From the IMG/VR virus record IMGVR_UViG_3300021256_000009: a stretch of 64,000 bases of DNA, one strand, 5' to 3'. Shown here in pieces: positions 62,302 through 64,000 of this stretch. Source of the DNA: an uncultured virus (IMG/VR IMGVR_UViG_3300021256_000009) (taxonomy: Duplodnaviria > Heunggongvirae > Uroviricota > Caudoviricetes). Below the pieces are notes generated by a model. That model ran no database searches. It was not told where the DNA came from and was given only the letters and a program-made list of their open reading frames with translations. Numbering within the stretch: position 1 is the stretch's first letter; each line of letters opens with the position of its first letter. The position numbers and the translations under genes were made by a program.

Positions 62302-64000
62302 GATACCGGTAGTCGTTGATGTTGAGAAAGCATTTAATGATGCTGCTGCGCGAGTTGGAACGGCAATTCGTCCATTAAAGCAAGAGATTAATCGGCAGAC
62401 CGCCGACTTAATGATAAATGTAGCCTCAGGAGGAGATCCTAATCTCCAAAGATTATCTGATATACTTAAGACCGTAAGAGATGTTTATGGCGACATAAAC
62501 TTCGCTGCGGAACATTTGAATAACGCGATTAGAGAGGCTAAGACTCGTTATGATGAATTATATGTCTCTCAAGCAAAAGGAAAGACTCTTTCTCTTGCTC
62601 AGTTACAAGAGATGGAATCTCTTAGAAATGCTATTGTGTTACTTGAAAGTGAAGCAAATCTTAGAACGAAAGGGTCCCGCCTTGTTTCAGAAGAAGCACA
62701 AAGACAACTTGCTGTCGTTGATGCTATAGACAAGGGGAACGATGCTCTTGTTCGGGAAACAAAAACGATGGCCGAACTAAACGATAAGATTTCTTCTCTT
62801 CGAGGTAAATTGCAAAACATTGACCCGAAAAGTAAGGAGTGGGGCCAAACCGCGAAAGAAATAGAGAAGGCAACAAAAGAGTTAGCGAAATACGAGCAGA
62901 AGCTTCGCGGATTGTCTAAGCCAGGAAGTATAGATCGTATTCGAGAAGAAATGTCGAAACTTGAAGCCCAATGGAACGCGATGAGCAAAAGGGTTAAGTT
63001 CGACGAAAACGGTAATCTGTCGAAATCAGCGCAACGGCTTGTCGATAAATTCAAAGCGCTTACTACTGAGTCAGAAAAGTACGGCCAGTCTTTGTCGGCT
63101 ACCGCTGCAAAAGCAAAGCCTGCGGTCGAGTCTACGACTGCCGCAATGAAATCACAGTCAACGGTGCTCAGCCAACTTACATCTATGGCCTCGATGTACA
63201 TCTCCGTGTTTGGCTTGTTTCGATTCGCCAAGCAACTTAGAGATGTAACCGGAGAGTTGGAATACCAGCGCGTAGCTCTTGGCCGCCTCATTCAGGACGA
63301 GCAATACGGAGCCGCCTTGTTCGAAAGAATTAAAGATGCAGCCCAGCAGTCTCCGTTTCGCATTACGCAACTTGTAACATACACGAAGCAACTTGCCGCA
63401 TACCGTATTGAGCAGGAAAACTTGTTTGATACGACAATGCGCCTTGCGGATATTTCCGCCGGACTCGGCGTCGAGATGAACCGACTTATTCTTGCCTATG
63501 GACAGGTCCGCGCCGCATCTGTGTTACGCGGACAGGAATTGCGCCAGTTCACGGAAGCCGGCATTCCACTTGTGGATTTGTTGGCAGACAAGATGGGCGA
63601 ATTAAACAAAACCACATACACGACCGCTGATGTGTTCAAACTTATATCTGAAAGAGCCGTACCGTTCTCCGCCATCGCAGAGATTTTCGAGGATCTTACA
63701 GATAAAGGTGGTATGTTTTACAAGATGCAGGAGAAGCAGGCGGAGACAATTAAGGGTAAATGGGAAAAACTTAAGGATGCATTCGATGTCGGTCTACAAG
63801 CTGCTGGAGAGACCAAAACATTCGCTTGGCAGAACCAGTTGGCGCTGGATATTCTTACTGTTTTAGCGAAAAACATCCGTATCGTCCCGAAACTTATCGA
63901 GTCAATAGGATTCGCGTGGGTTACATATAGCGCCGCTGCAGCCGTAGCAAATTTGCGGAATAAGCAGGTTGCGAAATCGGCGATTGAAGTTATGACGGCG
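62291..64000 (+). CDS. Tape measure protein (partial)
   Basis: ATG 62291, open to window end; AQQSPF, LAYGQV...L.GQELRQFTEAGIP motifs. Confidence 0.9.
   Translation, partial: MAVEIPVVVDVEKAFNDAAARVGTAIRPLKQEINRQTADLMINVASGGDPNLQRLSDILKTVRDVYGDINFAAEHLNNAIREAKTRYDELYVSQAKGKTLSLAQLQEMESLRNAIVLLESEANLRTKGSRLVSEEAQRQLAVVDAIDKGNDALVRETKTMAELNDKISSLRGKLQNIDPKSKEWGQTAKEIEKATKELAKYEQKLRGLSKPGSIDRIREEMSKLEAQWNAMSKRVKFDENGNLSKSAQRLVDKFKALTTESEKYGQSLSATAAKAKPAVESTTAAMKSQSTVLSQLTSMASMYISVFGLFRFAKQLRDVTGELEYQRVALGRLIQDEQYGAALFERIKDAAQQSPFRITQLVTYTKQLAAYRIEQENLFDTTMRLADISAGLGVEMNRLILAYGQVRAASVLRGQELRQFTEAGIPLVDLLADKMGELNKTTYTTADVFKLISERAVPFSAIAEIFEDLTDKGGMFYKMQEKQAETIKGKWEKLKDAFDVGLQAAGETKTFAWQNQLALDILTVLAKNIRIVPKLIESIGFAWVTYSAAAAVANLRNKQVAKSAIEVMTA

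Noticed and set aside
1..64000. Stop-codon reassignment
   Set aside because: Core genes are intact in the standard code, TAA, TAG and TGA all act as stops, and no suppressor tRNA is seen.

Overview
A 64 kb slice of a tailed dsDNA phage genome with a siphovirus-type head/tail gene set. The host is most likely Bacteroidota, judged from TAnnTTTG -7 promoters, BACON-like domains, a DUF3127-like SSB and AT-rich leaders. Layout: distal tail/fibre genes (1-8.4 kb, +); lysis cassette (8.4-10.8 kb); an uncharacterised multi-gene module (10.9-14.8 kb); about 60 small leftward accessory ORFs including a serine resolvase (14.9-34.3 kb, -); a 1.6 kb non-coding divergence region with iteron-like repeats (34.3-35.97 kb); replication/recombination genes (36-53.1 kb, +); portal and terL on the - strand; then scaffold, capsid, neck, tail tube, chaperone and tape measure (56.6-64 kb, +). 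The window starts in tail genes and ends inside the tape measure gene, so the genome is larger than the window. Most notable observations: (1) three adjacent genes split exactly in the middle of BACON-like domains, suggesting a self-polymerising fibre built by inter-subunit domain complementation; (2) three tRNA-shaped RNAs with intact acceptor and T arms but no usable anticodon arm, one heading a pseudoknot-rich RNA array; (3) a set of sigma54-type (-24/-12) promoter motifs at gene junctions. All family assignments come from motif recognition by eye; no searches were run.
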